Source: Flavipsychrobacter sp.
GTDB lineage: Bacteria > Bacteroidota > Bacteroidia > Chitinophagales > Chitinophagaceae
Assembly (NCBI GenBank): GCA_041392855.1
Contig: JAWKLD010000002.1
Location: forward strand, 202,706-266,705
Direction: 5' to 3'
DNA: 64,000 nt
The position numbers and the translations under genes are program-made. Below are positions 1 through 9,879 of the stretch, in pieces (the stretch's first letter is position 1; each line of letters begins with the position of its first letter). The notes under the pieces are model-generated. The model was not told where the DNA came from, made no database searches, and saw only the letters and a list, made by a program, of their open reading frames with translations.

Positions 1-316
1 TGGCAGTTTTCTATTGCTACTGGCAGCTACCTACACTCAATATCAAGAAGGAAGCAAATCTGCATTTATAATAATAACAGCAGCAATGGTTTGCTATCTG
101 GTAGGCACTATAGGTATAACTATGTTGGGCAACGTACCTATGAACGAGGCTCTTGACAAAATAGACCTAAACAACATGACTCAAAATGCACTACACCAAA
201 CAAGAACTACTTATGAGCATAAATGGAATCAACTGCATTTGGCAAGAACTGTGTTCTCTGTAGTAGCCTTCGCTTTGAGCTTGCTTACATGCTTTCTAAA
301 TACAAACAGTAATTAA
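1..316 (+). CDS. DUF1772-like (anthrone-oxygenase-type) integral membrane protein, 5' end outside window
   Basis: ORF is open to the window edge; hydrophobic helices; LGNVPMNEAL loop resembles the conserved N-x-P-x-N region of DUF1772 proteins. Confidence 0.5.
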   Translation, partial: GSFLLLLAATYTQYQEGSKSAFIIITAAMVCYLVGTIGITMLGNVPMNEALDKIDLNNMTQNALHQTRTTYEHKWNQLHLARTVFSVVAFALSLLTCFLNTNSN

Positions 317-350
317 TTAACCTTTCAATAAAATCTAAAAAAGTAAACTA

Positions 351-1187
351 ATGACAGAAAAGATCTTAGTAATTGGTGGCAATGGAAAAACAGGAAGAAA
401 AATTGTTGCACGTCTGACAGAACAAAACCAAATTGTAAGAGTAGGATCAAGAAACGGGAGTCCTGCTTTTGACTGGGAAGATGCTAACACATGGCCTGCG
501 GCTCTAGAAGGTATGGACAAAGCTTATATTACCTTCCAACCCGACCTTGCCGTTCCCGGTGCATTAGAAAAAATAGAAGCTTTAACCATATTGGCTAAGA
601 AAAGCGGGCTGCAAAAGCTCGTGCTTCTTTCAGGAAAAGGAGAACGTGAAGCGGAACTATGCGAACAAGTTGTCATCAACTCTGGTATAAACTACACTAT
701 AGTACGTGCCAGTTGGTTCAACCAAAACTTTAGCGAAAGTTTTTTTCTAGACCCAATTCTTGCAGGACACGTTGCCCTTCCTAAACCTGAAGCTAAAGTA
801 CCGTATGTGGATACTGATGACATTGCAGATGTAGCTGTTGCTGCATTATTGAATGATGAGCATAACGGCAAGATATATCAACTAACAGGGGAAAGACTTT
901 TAACCTTCAAAGAAGTAGTAGATGAGATAAACGCTGCTACAGGACGAACCATATCTTTCACACCAATTACACTAACTGCATATACAGGTATGCTAAAGGA
1001 GCAGGGTGTACCTAAAGACTTTATATGGCTAATTGGCTATCTATTTGAAGAACTACTAAGTGATACTAGCATATCTGAAAGAAGCAATGACATAGAAAAG
1101 GTGCTTGGAAGAAAACCTAAAGACTTCAGCACTTATGTAAAGGAAACTGCTGCTACAGGTGTGTGGAACCAACCGATACCTGCGTAA
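351..1187 (+). CDS. NmrA-like / atypical SDR NAD(P)-binding protein
   Basis: N-terminal Rossmann motif ILVIGGNGKTGRKI; length and C-terminal region typical of the NmrA family; hairpin terminator follows. Confidence 0.75.
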   Translation: MTEKILVIGGNGKTGRKIVARLTEQNQIVRVGSRNGSPAFDWEDANTWPAALEGMDKAYITFQPDLAVPGALEKIEALTILAKKSGLQKLVLLSGKGEREAELCEQVVINSGINYTIVRASWFNQNFSESFFLDPILAGHVALPKPEAKVPYVDTDDIADVAVAALLNDEHNGKIYQLTGERLLTFKEVVDEINAATGRTISFTPITLTAYTGMLKEQGVPKDFIWLIGYLFEELLSDTSISERSNDIEKVLGRKPKDFSTYVKETAATGVWNQPIPA

Positions 1188-1207
1188 AAGCTTAACCTAT
1201 ATCTACC

Positions 1208-1251
1208 TGAGCTGAACAACACATAATAAAGTGTTGTTCAGCTCAATTTAT
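1208..1251. terminator. hairpin between the convergent NmrA-like and PAS-sensor genes
   Basis: Perfect 15-bp stem TGAGCTGAACAACAC / GTGTTGTTCAGCTCA, 8-nt loop, followed by ATTTATT. Confidence 0.6.
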
Positions 1252-2108
1252 TCTGCACCTTGAATAGTACTACTTGCTGATATGTTTTTTATGATTCTAT
1301 CCAATTCATTTGCAGATGCCATAATTTCCTCATGTACTTTCTGCATCTCATCTTTATTACATAGATCATTTTTCAGCAGGTTAACCAGTCCCATAAGACT
1401 AGCAAGTGGAGCTCTTACTACATGAGATTGTAGCCATGCTATTTTATTAAGCTTTTTATTTTGCTCCTCCACCTTGTCAATATATTGCAGCTGGTGTGTA
1501 ATGTCATTGATCATCACAATTTGTGCTTTAAGCCCCCTATATGTAATGGTACCGCTATGCATATACACAAACATTTGACGTCCGTCCTTCCTCCTATGTC
1601 TATGTATACCTTCTGTATGCAACATATCCTCTCTCTTAGAAATATTCAACTTCTCTTCTAAAGCTTCAGTATCTATCTCTTCATCATCTTCTATCTTCAG
1701 TATTGACATTTCAGAAAACTCGCTCACAGTATATTGGTAATATTCGAGTGCCGCTTTATTTACTTCTATAATACGTTCCGTATCGGGTAAGTAAATAAGA
1801 ATGGGTGTTGGATTTGAGTCAAATAACAAACGGTAGTTCTCCTCCGATTTGGACAAAGCGGCCTTACTCAATTCAAGCATAGCCACCTTAGTTGTCAATT
1901 CTTTATGATACCATCTTATCAATAAATTGAGCAACACTGCAGTGAGTGCAATAAAAAATAAGCCTTTATACGTTTGAAATTTAGAAAGCGCAATTATATT
2001 ATCTGATACTATTGCAGCCACCAATCTATCACTGCAAAATATCCACAGCACACCAAATATCAGGTACAACACCGTCACCTTGAATATTGAATTCAACCTT
2101 AACCCCAT
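1248..2108 (-). CDS. membrane-anchored PAS sensor with HisKA/DHp-like helix but no ATPase domain
   Basis: Two N-terminal TM helices, PAS core (YRLLFDSNPTPILIY...RHRRKDGRQMFV), H-box-like SHVVRAPLASLMGL; ORF ends about 60 aa after the His. Confidence 0.7.
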   Translation of the reverse strand: MGLRLNSIFKVTVLYLIFGVLWIFCSDRLVAAIVSDNIIALSKFQTYKGLFFIALTAVLLNLLIRWYHKELTTKVAMLELSKAALSKSEENYRLLFDSNPTPILIYLPDTERIIEVNKAALEYYQYTVSEFSEMSILKIEDDEEIDTEALEEKLNISKREDMLHTEGIHRHRRKDGRQMFVYMHSGTITYRGLKAQIVMINDITHQLQYIDKVEEQNKKLNKIAWLQSHVVRAPLASLMGLVNLLKNDLCNKDEMQKVHEEIMASANELDRIIKNISASSTIQGAE

Positions 2109-2377
2109 ATCCCTTAAAACAATAAAACTCTATATGCGGAGAACAGTATACCTCTCTGAGGACACCTTCAAAGTATACCACTCCCAAAAAACAGGCGCGA
2201 AAGTCCCACATTTAGCGCTTTTTACAAAATATTTTTTCAATCTGTTCTTAGCCCCTCAGCCTCTTTTCACATATACATGATTTAAAAATATCCTTCGGTG
2301 CTAACATAACTGTTATACGAATCGTCATATCAAATAGGCATAACAAAACGATTTAAAAGCATAAAAGACTAATAACT

Positions 2378-3910
2378 ATGAAATTACGCATTCTACTATC
2401 GGGATTTTTAATGCTGGGTATTACCACATCATGGTCGCAAACCATAGCACTAGACCCCAGTTTTGATGGAGATGGGATAGTAACAACAGATATAAATAAA
2501 TTAAACGATGCATCTAAAGCAATTGCGCTACAGGTCGATGGAAAAATTGTAGCTACAGGTTATTCCACAAAGAATAACAAAAATGAGTTTTGTACGATAC
2601 GATATAATGTAGACGGTTCTATAGACAAAAGCTTTGGGAATAACGGGATTGTAGCAACCGCCTTTCCTGGTAATGGCTCAAGCCTGGCAAATGCAATTGC
2701 GATACAAGACAATGGCAAAATAATTGTAGCAGGCAATGCTGAAGGAATGGCAATTGCTCGGTATAATACCGATGGAAGTTTAGACGGCAATTTTGGCAAT
2801 GGAGGAATGGTGCTTACTAACAATCCAAATAGTACTGCAATAGCCAATAGTATTCTACTACAACCTGATGGGAAAATTATAGTTGGAGGGCATTATCAAA
2901 ATACTCCTCCAGATGGCTATGCCTATATTTTAGCCAGATATAATTCAAACGGAAGTTTAGATGCAACCTTTGGTAATGGAGGCATCTCAATAATAGATAT
3001 TGCGGCTGGTCAAGGGTTAGGGGCCTTGGATTTTTTAAGAAAAATAGTGCTACAACCTAATGGGAAAATTATAGCTGTAGGAGTATCAGGTCCTAACGCC
3101 ACACTTGTTCGCCTAGAGAGTAATGGCGATACAGACTCCTTATTTGGTATAAATGGCATAGTGACAACTAACTATTCAACTTCAGGAAATAGCATCTTTA
3201 ATGATGTAATGATACAACCCGATGGAAAAATAGTAGCCGCAGGAAGCACGACAGCAGCAGTTCCCAATTTTCTTGTTGCTCGATTTAATGCTAATGGGCA
3301 ACCAGACATCAACTTTGGGAATAATGGTGCTGTAACTATAGGACATAGCACTATGCAAAATTATGCAACAAGTGTACTGTTGCAGCCTGATGGGAAAATA
3401 CTTGCAGGTGGGGTTATTAATGATAATGGCCTGTTTCAATTTGCAATTGCTCGATATAATAGCGACGGAAGTGTAAACAGCACTTTTGGCACTAATGGTG
3501 TACTGAAAACAAAAGCAGATAAAAGTTATTCAGCTATTGAGTCGATGATCATGCAACAAGACAATAAAATTGTTGTAGCGGGCAGTAACAATGCTGATTT
3601 TTTACTGGCTCGTTATACTACCGACTTTCCTAATAATATAAGGGATCACCAAACGATCAAAACAATGTTGTACCCTAACCCTACAACCAATGCTGTCACT
3701 CTATCTTACAGATTACCCAGCCCTAATAAAGTGGACATTATGCTCTATACTATAGATGGTCGGCTACTAAAAGTATTAAATAAGGGAAAAAGTATGGCTG
3801 CAGGTCATCAGCATTTATCTTTTGATATTGGCGATCTCCCAATTGGTAGCTATATCATTCATATCAATACAGGCAATAGCTTTTCCAACACGAAACTTAT
3901 AAAAGAGTAA
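2378..3910 (+). CDS. secreted delta-60-repeat (beta-propeller-like) protein with T9SS C-terminal sorting domain
   Basis: Signal peptide; seven repeats of about 60 aa of the form D-x-[ST]-F-G-x-x-G-[IV]...LQ-x-DGKI-[IV]-x-[AG]G...ARYN-x-[DN]GS; C-terminal LYPNPTTNAVTLSY...IKE Por-secretion tail. Confidence 0.8.
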   Translation: MKLRILLSGFLMLGITTSWSQTIALDPSFDGDGIVTTDINKLNDASKAIALQVDGKIVATGYSTKNNKNEFCTIRYNVDGSIDKSFGNNGIVATAFPGNGSSLANAIAIQDNGKIIVAGNAEGMAIARYNTDGSLDGNFGNGGMVLTNNPNSTAIANSILLQPDGKIIVGGHYQNTPPDGYAYILARYNSNGSLDATFGNGGISIIDIAAGQGLGALDFLRKIVLQPNGKIIAVGVSGPNATLVRLESNGDTDSLFGINGIVTTNYSTSGNSIFNDVMIQPDGKIVAAGSTTAAVPNFLVARFNANGQPDINFGNNGAVTIGHSTMQNYATSVLLQPDGKILAGGVINDNGLFQFAIARYNSDGSVNSTFGTNGVLKTKADKSYSAIESMIMQQDNKIVVAGSNNADFLLARYTTDFPNNIRDHQTIKTMLYPNPTTNAVTLSYRLPSPNKVDIMLYTIDGRLLKVLNKGKSMAAGHQHLSFDIGDLPIGSYIIHINTGNSFSNTKLIKE

Positions 3911-3938
3911 GCACAAAAAAATATCAATACACCCGTCT

Positions 3939-3971
3939 AAGAGGCAACCTCAATAAGGTTGTCTCTTTTTT
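3939..3971 (+). terminator. intrinsic terminator after the delta-60 repeat gene
   Basis: AAGAGGCAACC / GGTTGTCTCTT stem (one G-U), 7-nt loop, T-run. Confidence 0.6.
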
Positions 3972-4104
3972 GTACTGTATACATAGGGTGCAAAAGTTGC
4001 AATATTAACTTTTACTTATCCATATATAAGAGTTCTCATTTCGTATTGCCTTAGGTAAAGTGTAAATTCGCACTAACTTAAAAACAACGAAAAACTATAT
4101 AATT

Positions 4105-4707
4105 ATGGCACATTCACTTCCTGCATTAGGATATGATTTTAACGCTCTAGAGCCTCATATCGATGCACAAACAATGGAAATCCATCACGACAGACATCAT
4201 AATGCTTACGTTACTAATTTGAATAAAGCAATAGAAGGCACCGATGCTGAAAACCTTTCTCTTGAAGATCTAATGGCTAATATATCTAACTATAGTGCGG
4301 GTGTTCGCAACAATGGTGGCGGGCATTACAACCACACTCTATTTTGGGAAATACTAGGACCTAACGGTGGTGCTCCATCAGGAGATCTACTAGCAGCTAT
4401 TAATGACGCATTTGGATCAGTAGATGCTATGAAAGAAAAAGTAAATGCTGCTGGTGCTACACGTTTTGGTAGTGGCTGGGCATGGGTAATTGTTAAAGAT
4501 GGCAAGCTAGAGGTTTGTTCTACTCCTAACCAAGACAATCCTTTAATGGACATCGCAGAGGTAAAGGGCACGCCAATACTTGGTGTTGACGTGTGGGAGC
4601 ACGCATACTACCTAAAGTATCAAAACAAACGCCCTGATTATCTTGGCGCTATATGGAATGTTATCAACTGGGATGCAGTAGCCGCACGCTATGCAGCTGC
4701 ACTATAA
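4105..4707 (+). CDS. sodA: superoxide dismutase, Fe/Mn family (Mn-type signature)
   Basis: [44 protein letters not shown] motifs. Confidence 0.9.
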   Translation: MAHSLPALGYDFNALEPHIDAQTMEIHHDRHHNAYVTNLNKAIEGTDAENLSLEDLMANISNYSAGVRNNGGGHYNHTLFWEILGPNGGAPSGDLLAAINDAFGSVDAMKEKVNAAGATRFGSGWAWVIVKDGKLEVCSTPNQDNPLMDIAEVKGTPILGVDVWEHAYYLKYQNKRPDYLGAIWNVINWDAVAARYAAAL

Positions 4708-4733
4708 GCATTTCAATAAAGCTTGAAAAATGT

Positions 4734-4766
4734 AAAAAGGCGTCTAAAATATTAGACGCCTTTTTT
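4734..4766. terminator. bidirectional terminator between sodA and the OM barrel gene
   Basis: AAAAA-GGCGTCTAA-aata-TTAGACGCC-TTTTTT. Confidence 0.75.
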
Positions 4767-4783
4767 ATTCTATATATAGTATA

Positions 4784-5380
4784 CTATCTAACAATTCCAA
4801 AGGAAAACCCTACACCAAAAATAACGCCACCAGGACTAAGGATACGCATCACAGTTTCGCCATCAGAAGTCAATGGTTGGAAAGGACTTGAGCTATATGG
4901 TTTATCGTTAAAACGCTGAGACCAGCCCAATTGCAAGTAAAAACGATTGCCTCTCTGCCCTATATTGAAAAAACGATACATGGAAAGAAATGCAGCTGGC
5001 ACGGGCTCAATAGTTACACGTGCAGGTGGTATACCAAGCCCTTCGGGATCTTGATCTACTTCTAGAGAACCACTCAAACCGGTATTGTAGGTCAGGCCTG
5101 TTCCTATTGCCCAGCCCCTATTACATTCTTGTCCAAAATAATATCGTCCTTCAAAAAATGCTTTCCAGCCCCAAGTACTCAAACCTCCCCCAGCTCCTAA
5201 GGAAAATGATGGAGAAATTGGCACATCCAAGTTGATGCCTAATAAGCCATTGGTATTATTCAGTCCGGTACTTAGTCCAAGATATACTTTGGGGCATTCG
5301 CTGCCTCCTCTTCTTCCATATTGCGCAAAGCTAGAAAGCGCTGTTACTACAAGTAGTAGTGCTAAAAGGGTCTTTTTCAT
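4784..5380 (-). CDS. small outer-membrane beta-barrel protein (hypothetical)
   Basis: Start moved to the ATG giving signal peptide MKKTLLALLLVVTALSSFAQ; Gly/aromatic-rich alternating strands. Confidence 0.5.
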   Translation of the reverse strand: MKKTLLALLLVVTALSSFAQYGRRGGSECPKVYLGLSTGLNNTNGLLGINLDVPISPSFSLGAGGGLSTWGWKAFFEGRYYFGQECNRGWAIGTGLTYNTGLSGSLEVDQDPEGLGIPPARVTIEPVPAAFLSMYRFFNIGQRGNRFYLQLGWSQRFNDKPYSSSPFQPLTSDGETVMRILSPGGVIFGVGFSFGIVR

Positions 5381-5453
5381 AATAGGTATATAATAGTTGT
5401 TGAAAATTTGTCGCAATATCAAACAGAATGAGGGAATAAACAAATAGTTTATG

Positions 5454-7406
5454 CTACTTCAAATCTAGCAGCATAGCTTTTGCTTTTGTATTATCAGGGT
5501 TTATTTTAAGTAGTTGTTTCAGGTTCTTTTTTGCATTGCCATCTTCACCTTTAAAATGATATACCACTGCAAGATTAATAAGCGTTTGTTCATCATCAGG
5601 GTCAATCGCTATTGCTTTTTTCAGGTAATCATATGCCATGACCATATTCCCCTCTTGCATGTAGATATAACCAAGGCTTGTATTTGCTGGTGCATATTTT
5701 TTATTCTCTTGTAGAATAAATTCAAATACCTTTTTTGCCTCTGTAATATTTTGTGTAGCCAACAAGCTTATGCCATATTTATTCTGAAAATCGAGGGCAT
5801 AAGGCCAGATACTTACGGCCTTTTTATACCATTGTACTGCTTGTTGCTTTTGCTGTGTTTTGTAATAAGACTCTCCTACTCTATAACAAGTCCATGCATC
5901 GGAGATTCTAGCGATGTCACTATTTTTAGCATAGTCAATTACCTTATTAAAATCATTCAACAAATAATAAGCTCTTATGTAATCTTTGTTTTGTTTTTGA
6001 GCTTCCAGCTCCTTTGCTTGATCCAGATAACTTATGGCAGAGTCTATCAACCCCTTATTAGGGTTATAGCGTTCATAAAACTCTAAAAATGCTCTTGCTT
6101 GTGTTACACCATCTACGTCATCATTGTTAAAACATTGCAGCCCTAAGAATGCTGTTATTTCAGAAGCTTCTTCTTTTGTTAGTGGTTGCTTCCTTATCTG
6201 ATGATCTGTAACAGCAACATGCGGTATATCTATACTACCATTTTTAGGCATATGACATTTGATACAATCATTACCATTTTTTGCGTTGCGCACATCAAGA
6301 GCTTCAGAGCATAAGACATCTTCTTTACTACTATGGCATTTGTTACAAGCGTTGATATATTGTGACTGCGGTGTAAACTTTACACTCACATGGGGGTCAT
6401 GACAAGTGATACAACTCATCTTCCCTGAACTGATATAACAGTTACTTTTCTTCATGCGTTCTACATGCGACGCCATGATCATTTTATCTTGCGCGCCCTC
6501 ATATTGCGGCATGAATACATTCATCACTTCTGACAGATGCATCCCTGGTCGAAAATCGAAAAAGCTTTTACCATCATTAAGCACTGCAATACCTTGAAGA
6601 TGACATCGCTGGCATATATTGTTTTGCAATTCCGTTGATAACCTTCTTGGGTTTACAATAGTATAATCTGGCCCCTTTGAAGTATCTACTATTTTACCGG
6701 CCATCTTTTGTGCAATATGTATACTACCCGGTCCGTGACAACGTTCGCAATCTATGCCATGCTTGATGTTTATATATTTATTCTCACTCTTGGTTACAAA
6801 GTCAGGCAATCCATTATGACAGCTCATACACTCCAGCTGTATCGTTCTTGAAAAACGACTACTACCTCCATCTTCAAAACCCGGCGCCAGATCCCATTTC
6901 CCCTTTTGGGTATAGAAAGTTATGGGCGCTTGGTACAAGTATCCGTTTTCTTTATAGATATGAGAATTTGTGTGCTGGCCTGAACCTACTATATAATGTA
7001 TTTGTTGTACCCTTTTATGAATGGTGTCTTTACCCTCAAGGCGATATTCCATGATATATAGACTATCCTCATCCCAATAGGGTTTGTAATAAAAGTCTAA
7101 TTCCTTATCGTAAACCAAAGCATGTGCAGGAGAGAAGTCGGCAGCAGATTTCTGCCTTGTAGCACGGTCAAAAGATTGTCCCATACCTGTTTGCATAAAT
7201 GTCTCGTATACTTCAGCATGGCAAACCTTACATTTATCCATACCTACGTAGTGCGCACTTGTATCATACACATTCTTCCATGAAGAGCTATGCTGTACAT
7301 CACCAGTAGCTACAGGTTTACTTGGGGTATTGCAATAAAATGCAGGAACTGTTAGTGCTATTAACACTAATACAATCAAGGCAGCTTTTATCCTTCGAGC
7401 ATACAT
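5454..7406 (-). CDS. multihaem (7 x CXXCH) c-type cytochrome fused to a C-terminal TPR array
   Basis: CKVCH, CMSCH, CERCH, CQRCH, CITCH, CNKCH, CIKCH in residues 62-388; TPR-like repeats in the last 220 aa or so; N-terminal signal/anchor; ATG at 7406 preferred over TTG at 7415. Confidence 0.8.
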   Translation of the reverse strand: MYARRIKAALIVLVLIALTVPAFYCNTPSKPVATGDVQHSSSWKNVYDTSAHYVGMDKCKVCHAEVYETFMQTGMGQSFDRATRQKSAADFSPAHALVYDKELDFYYKPYWDEDSLYIMEYRLEGKDTIHKRVQQIHYIVGSGQHTNSHIYKENGYLYQAPITFYTQKGKWDLAPGFEDGGSSRFSRTIQLECMSCHNGLPDFVTKSENKYINIKHGIDCERCHGPGSIHIAQKMAGKIVDTSKGPDYTIVNPRRLSTELQNNICQRCHLQGIAVLNDGKSFFDFRPGMHLSEVMNVFMPQYEGAQDKMIMASHVERMKKSNCYISSGKMSCITCHDPHVSVKFTPQSQYINACNKCHSSKEDVLCSEALDVRNAKNGNDCIKCHMPKNGSIDIPHVAVTDHQIRKQPLTKEEASEITAFLGLQCFNNDDVDGVTQARAFLEFYERYNPNKGLIDSAISYLDQAKELEAQKQNKDYIRAYYLLNDFNKVIDYAKNSDIARISDAWTCYRVGESYYKTQQKQQAVQWYKKAVSIWPYALDFQNKYGISLLATQNITEAKKVFEFILQENKKYAPANTSLGYIYMQEGNMVMAYDYLKKAIAIDPDDEQTLINLAVVYHFKGEDGNAKKNLKQLLKINPDNTKAKAMLLDLK

Positions 7407-7440
7407 GCCTTTCAAATTTAGTACAATAGCTGCAGTAAGC

Positions 7441-8724
7441 CTAGCTGAAAATAGCTAGTGTATAGTTCGATTTACCTTTTTGCACTAACACATACTTACC
7501 ATTCAGCAAATGTGATGTTTGTACTATAAAATCATCACCTACCTTCTCTTTATTAATGCTTACACCACCTTGCTTTAGCATCTTTTTAGCCTCACCTTTC
7601 GAAGCAAACACACCACTATCTGCTAAAAAGCTTACCACATCAAGTCCTTCACCTTCCAAGCTATTTTTTGCTGCAGTAGCTTGCGGCACACCATCCATTA
7701 CTTCCAATAGCTGTTGTTCATTGAACGACTTCAGTATTTCTACCGCCTCGTTCCCTTTGCTGAATAATATACCCGAGGCTTGCTGCGCAAATGCTAGATC
7801 TTCTTCGCTATGCACCATTATAGTTAATTCCTCCGCCAATGCTTTTTGCAACGCACGTTGGTGTGGTGCTTCCTTATGTTGTTCTATAAGCGCTTTCAAC
7901 TCCTCTACCGGGCGGAAAGAGAATATATAAGACAGCTTCTCGGCTTCTTCGTCCGACTGCTTCAACCAGAACTGGTAGAACTGATATGGAGACGTACGTT
8001 TAGGGTCTAACCAGATATTACCACTTTCCGTTTTTCCGAATTTACTACCGTCACTCTTAGTAATAAGTGGACTTGTAAATGCAAAAGCCTCATTATCTCC
8101 CATACGACGGATAAGCTCTGTACCTGTGGTCATATTACCCCATTGGTCAGCACCACCAAACTGAAGCTTTACATTATTATGCTTATTCAGATAGTAAAAG
8201 TCGTATGCTTGTATCAATTGGTAACTGAATTCAGTAAATGAAAGACCAGTTTCCAAACGTTTTTTCACAGAATCCTTTGCCATCATATAACCAACTGTTA
8301 TATGTTTACCCACATCTCTGATAAATTCAAGAAAACTATAATCCTTCAACCACTCGTAGTTATTTACTAAAACCGCTGCATTTTCTTTAGCATCATCAAA
8401 ATCTAGAAATTTCTCCAACTGAGCTCGTATACCCGCAATGTTATGAGCGAGTGTATCCGCATCTAGCAAATTGCGTTCAGCAGATTTGCCCGAGGGATCT
8501 CCGATCATACCTGTAGCACCGCCAAGTAACGCAAATGGCTTATGACCAGCACGTTGCAAGCGCATCAAGAGCGTTATTTGTAGCAAACTACCCACGTGTA
8601 AGCTATCTGCAGTAGGGTCGAATCCTACATATCCGGCAGTCACTTCTTTTTGTAGTTGCTCCTCAACACCAGGCATTATATCCTGTACTAAATTTCTTTC
8701 TCTTAGATCTTTTATCAAGTCCAT
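7441..8724 (-). CDS. tyrS: tyrosine--tRNA ligase
   Basis: HIGH-type PTADSLHVGS, KMSKS-type KFGKTE, C-terminal S4-like domain; ATG at 8724 preferred because a -7 box covers the TTG at 8751. Confidence 0.95.
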   Translation of the reverse strand: MDLIKDLRERNLVQDIMPGVEEQLQKEVTAGYVGFDPTADSLHVGSLLQITLLMRLQRAGHKPFALLGGATGMIGDPSGKSAERNLLDADTLAHNIAGIRAQLEKFLDFDDAKENAAVLVNNYEWLKDYSFLEFIRDVGKHITVGYMMAKDSVKKRLETGLSFTEFSYQLIQAYDFYYLNKHNNVKLQFGGADQWGNMTTGTELIRRMGDNEAFAFTSPLITKSDGSKFGKTESGNIWLDPKRTSPYQFYQFWLKQSDEEAEKLSYIFSFRPVEELKALIEQHKEAPHQRALQKALAEELTIMVHSEEDLAFAQQASGILFSKGNEAVEILKSFNEQQLLEVMDGVPQATAAKNSLEGEGLDVVSFLADSGVFASKGEAKKMLKQGGVSINKEKVGDDFIVQTSHLLNGKYVLVQKGKSNYTLAIFS

Positions 8725-8748
8725 TGTATCAAGTGGTTCAAGAAGAGG

Positions 8749-8756
8749 CAAAAATA
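8749..8756 (-). promoter_or_regulatory. Bacteroidota -7 box TATTTTTG upstream of tyrS
   Basis: Exact TAnnTTTG on the coding strand, 24 nt before the ATG at 8724. Confidence 0.5.
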
Positions 8757-8923
8757 AGATTTATGGGTTTCCTACCTAGCATAAAGCTGAAAATGCTTGA
8801 ATTTGAGCTAAAAAACTGATTAAAAGGTTGTTGAGTACTAATTTTGCTTTTAACAGTATCTTTTGTTTTTCGAAAAATGTTTATATCTTTCGCTATCAAC
8901 TGTCAATTAAAATTAAATAGGTC

Positions 8924-9796
8924 TTGAAACGTATTATACTATCATTAGCGCTATTGATGCCCATCTTCGCTATGGGTCAGGCACACCACGAGATAGGTTT
9001 GTCTGCAGGTGTAAGCAGCTACTATGGAGATTTGCAGGATAAGCTGTTTCCAGATTATGGAATGAAGCCTGTAGCTGGTATAATGTATAAATACTTTATG
9101 AATCCGCATGTGGGTGTTCGTTTTGGTGTTGCATATACCAACCTTACAGCGGCTGACAGCCTTTCGGATATTCAAGCAAAGCGAGAGCGTAACCTACGTT
9201 TTGCAACTAACCTATTTGAAGTTCATGGAGGTTTTGAATTAAACTTACTACCTATCGAAAAGGATAGAATGAAGTTTACTCCTTATGTATTTGGAGGTGT
9301 TGCCATTTTCCAATTCAACCCATATACTGACGGACCTCAAAACGAGAAAATCTACTTAAGACCTCTTAGCACAGAAGGACAAGGTATTCCAATATACCCT
9401 GACCGTGAGGAATATAATTTAGTGAATGTAGCGTTCCCATTTGGTGGTGGTATCAAAGCATTCATTGGCGAAACATTCATGTTGAGCACAGAGATAGGTT
9501 TCCGTTATACAAACACTGACTATCTTGATGACGTAAGTAAATCTTATGTAAACTTTGACACTCTTAAGGCTTACAGAGGCGGTCAAGCAGTTGACTATGC
9601 ATTCCGTACTGATGAACATAAAACTTGGGATGGTAACTACCCTGACTATAAATACCAACGTGGTGACAGCAAACAATACGACTGGTATTGGTTTGGTACA
9701 TTCACTGCTACTATCTACCTAAGAGCGTTTGGTAATGCCAACGAATACTGGCAAGCACACTGCCCTGCTTTCTTAAGAAGCGGTAGAACAAGATAA
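8924..9796 (+). CDS. outer-membrane beta-barrel protein, DUF6089-like
   Basis: Signal peptide ending AMGQ, HEIGLSAGVSSYYGDL start typical of this Bacteroidota family; TTG start. Confidence 0.55.
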   Translation: MKRIILSLALLMPIFAMGQAHHEIGLSAGVSSYYGDLQDKLFPDYGMKPVAGIMYKYFMNPHVGVRFGVAYTNLTAADSLSDIQAKRERNLRFATNLFEVHGGFELNLLPIEKDRMKFTPYVFGGVAIFQFNPYTDGPQNEKIYLRPLSTEGQGIPIYPDREEYNLVNVAFPFGGGIKAFIGETFMLSTEIGFRYTNTDYLDDVSKSYVNFDTLKAYRGGQAVDYAFRTDEHKTWDGNYPDYKYQRGDSKQYDWYWFGTFTATIYLRAFGNANEYWQAHCPAFLRSGRTR

Positions 9797-9825
9797 TAAG
9801 TACAAAGAAGGTTTAATGAATAATA

Positions 9826-9859
9826 AAAAGCGGTCAAGCATAGCTTGAATCGCTTTTTT
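9826..9859. terminator. bidirectional hairpin between the DUF6089-like gene and hisS
   Basis: AAAAAGCGGTCAAGC ata GCTTGAATCGCTTTTTT, imperfect stem flanked by A-run and T-run. Confidence 0.5.
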
Positions 9860-9879
9860 CATATAGATATATTTTGTCC

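Noticed and set aside
4784-7415. Porin-cytochrome extracellular electron-transfer conduit (MtrAB-like) formed by the multihaem protein and the adjacent barrel
   Set aside because: The barrel is only about 198 aa, far smaller than MtrB-type sheaths. No outer decahaem partner or other respiratory genes are nearby. It is kept only as a co-localisation note.
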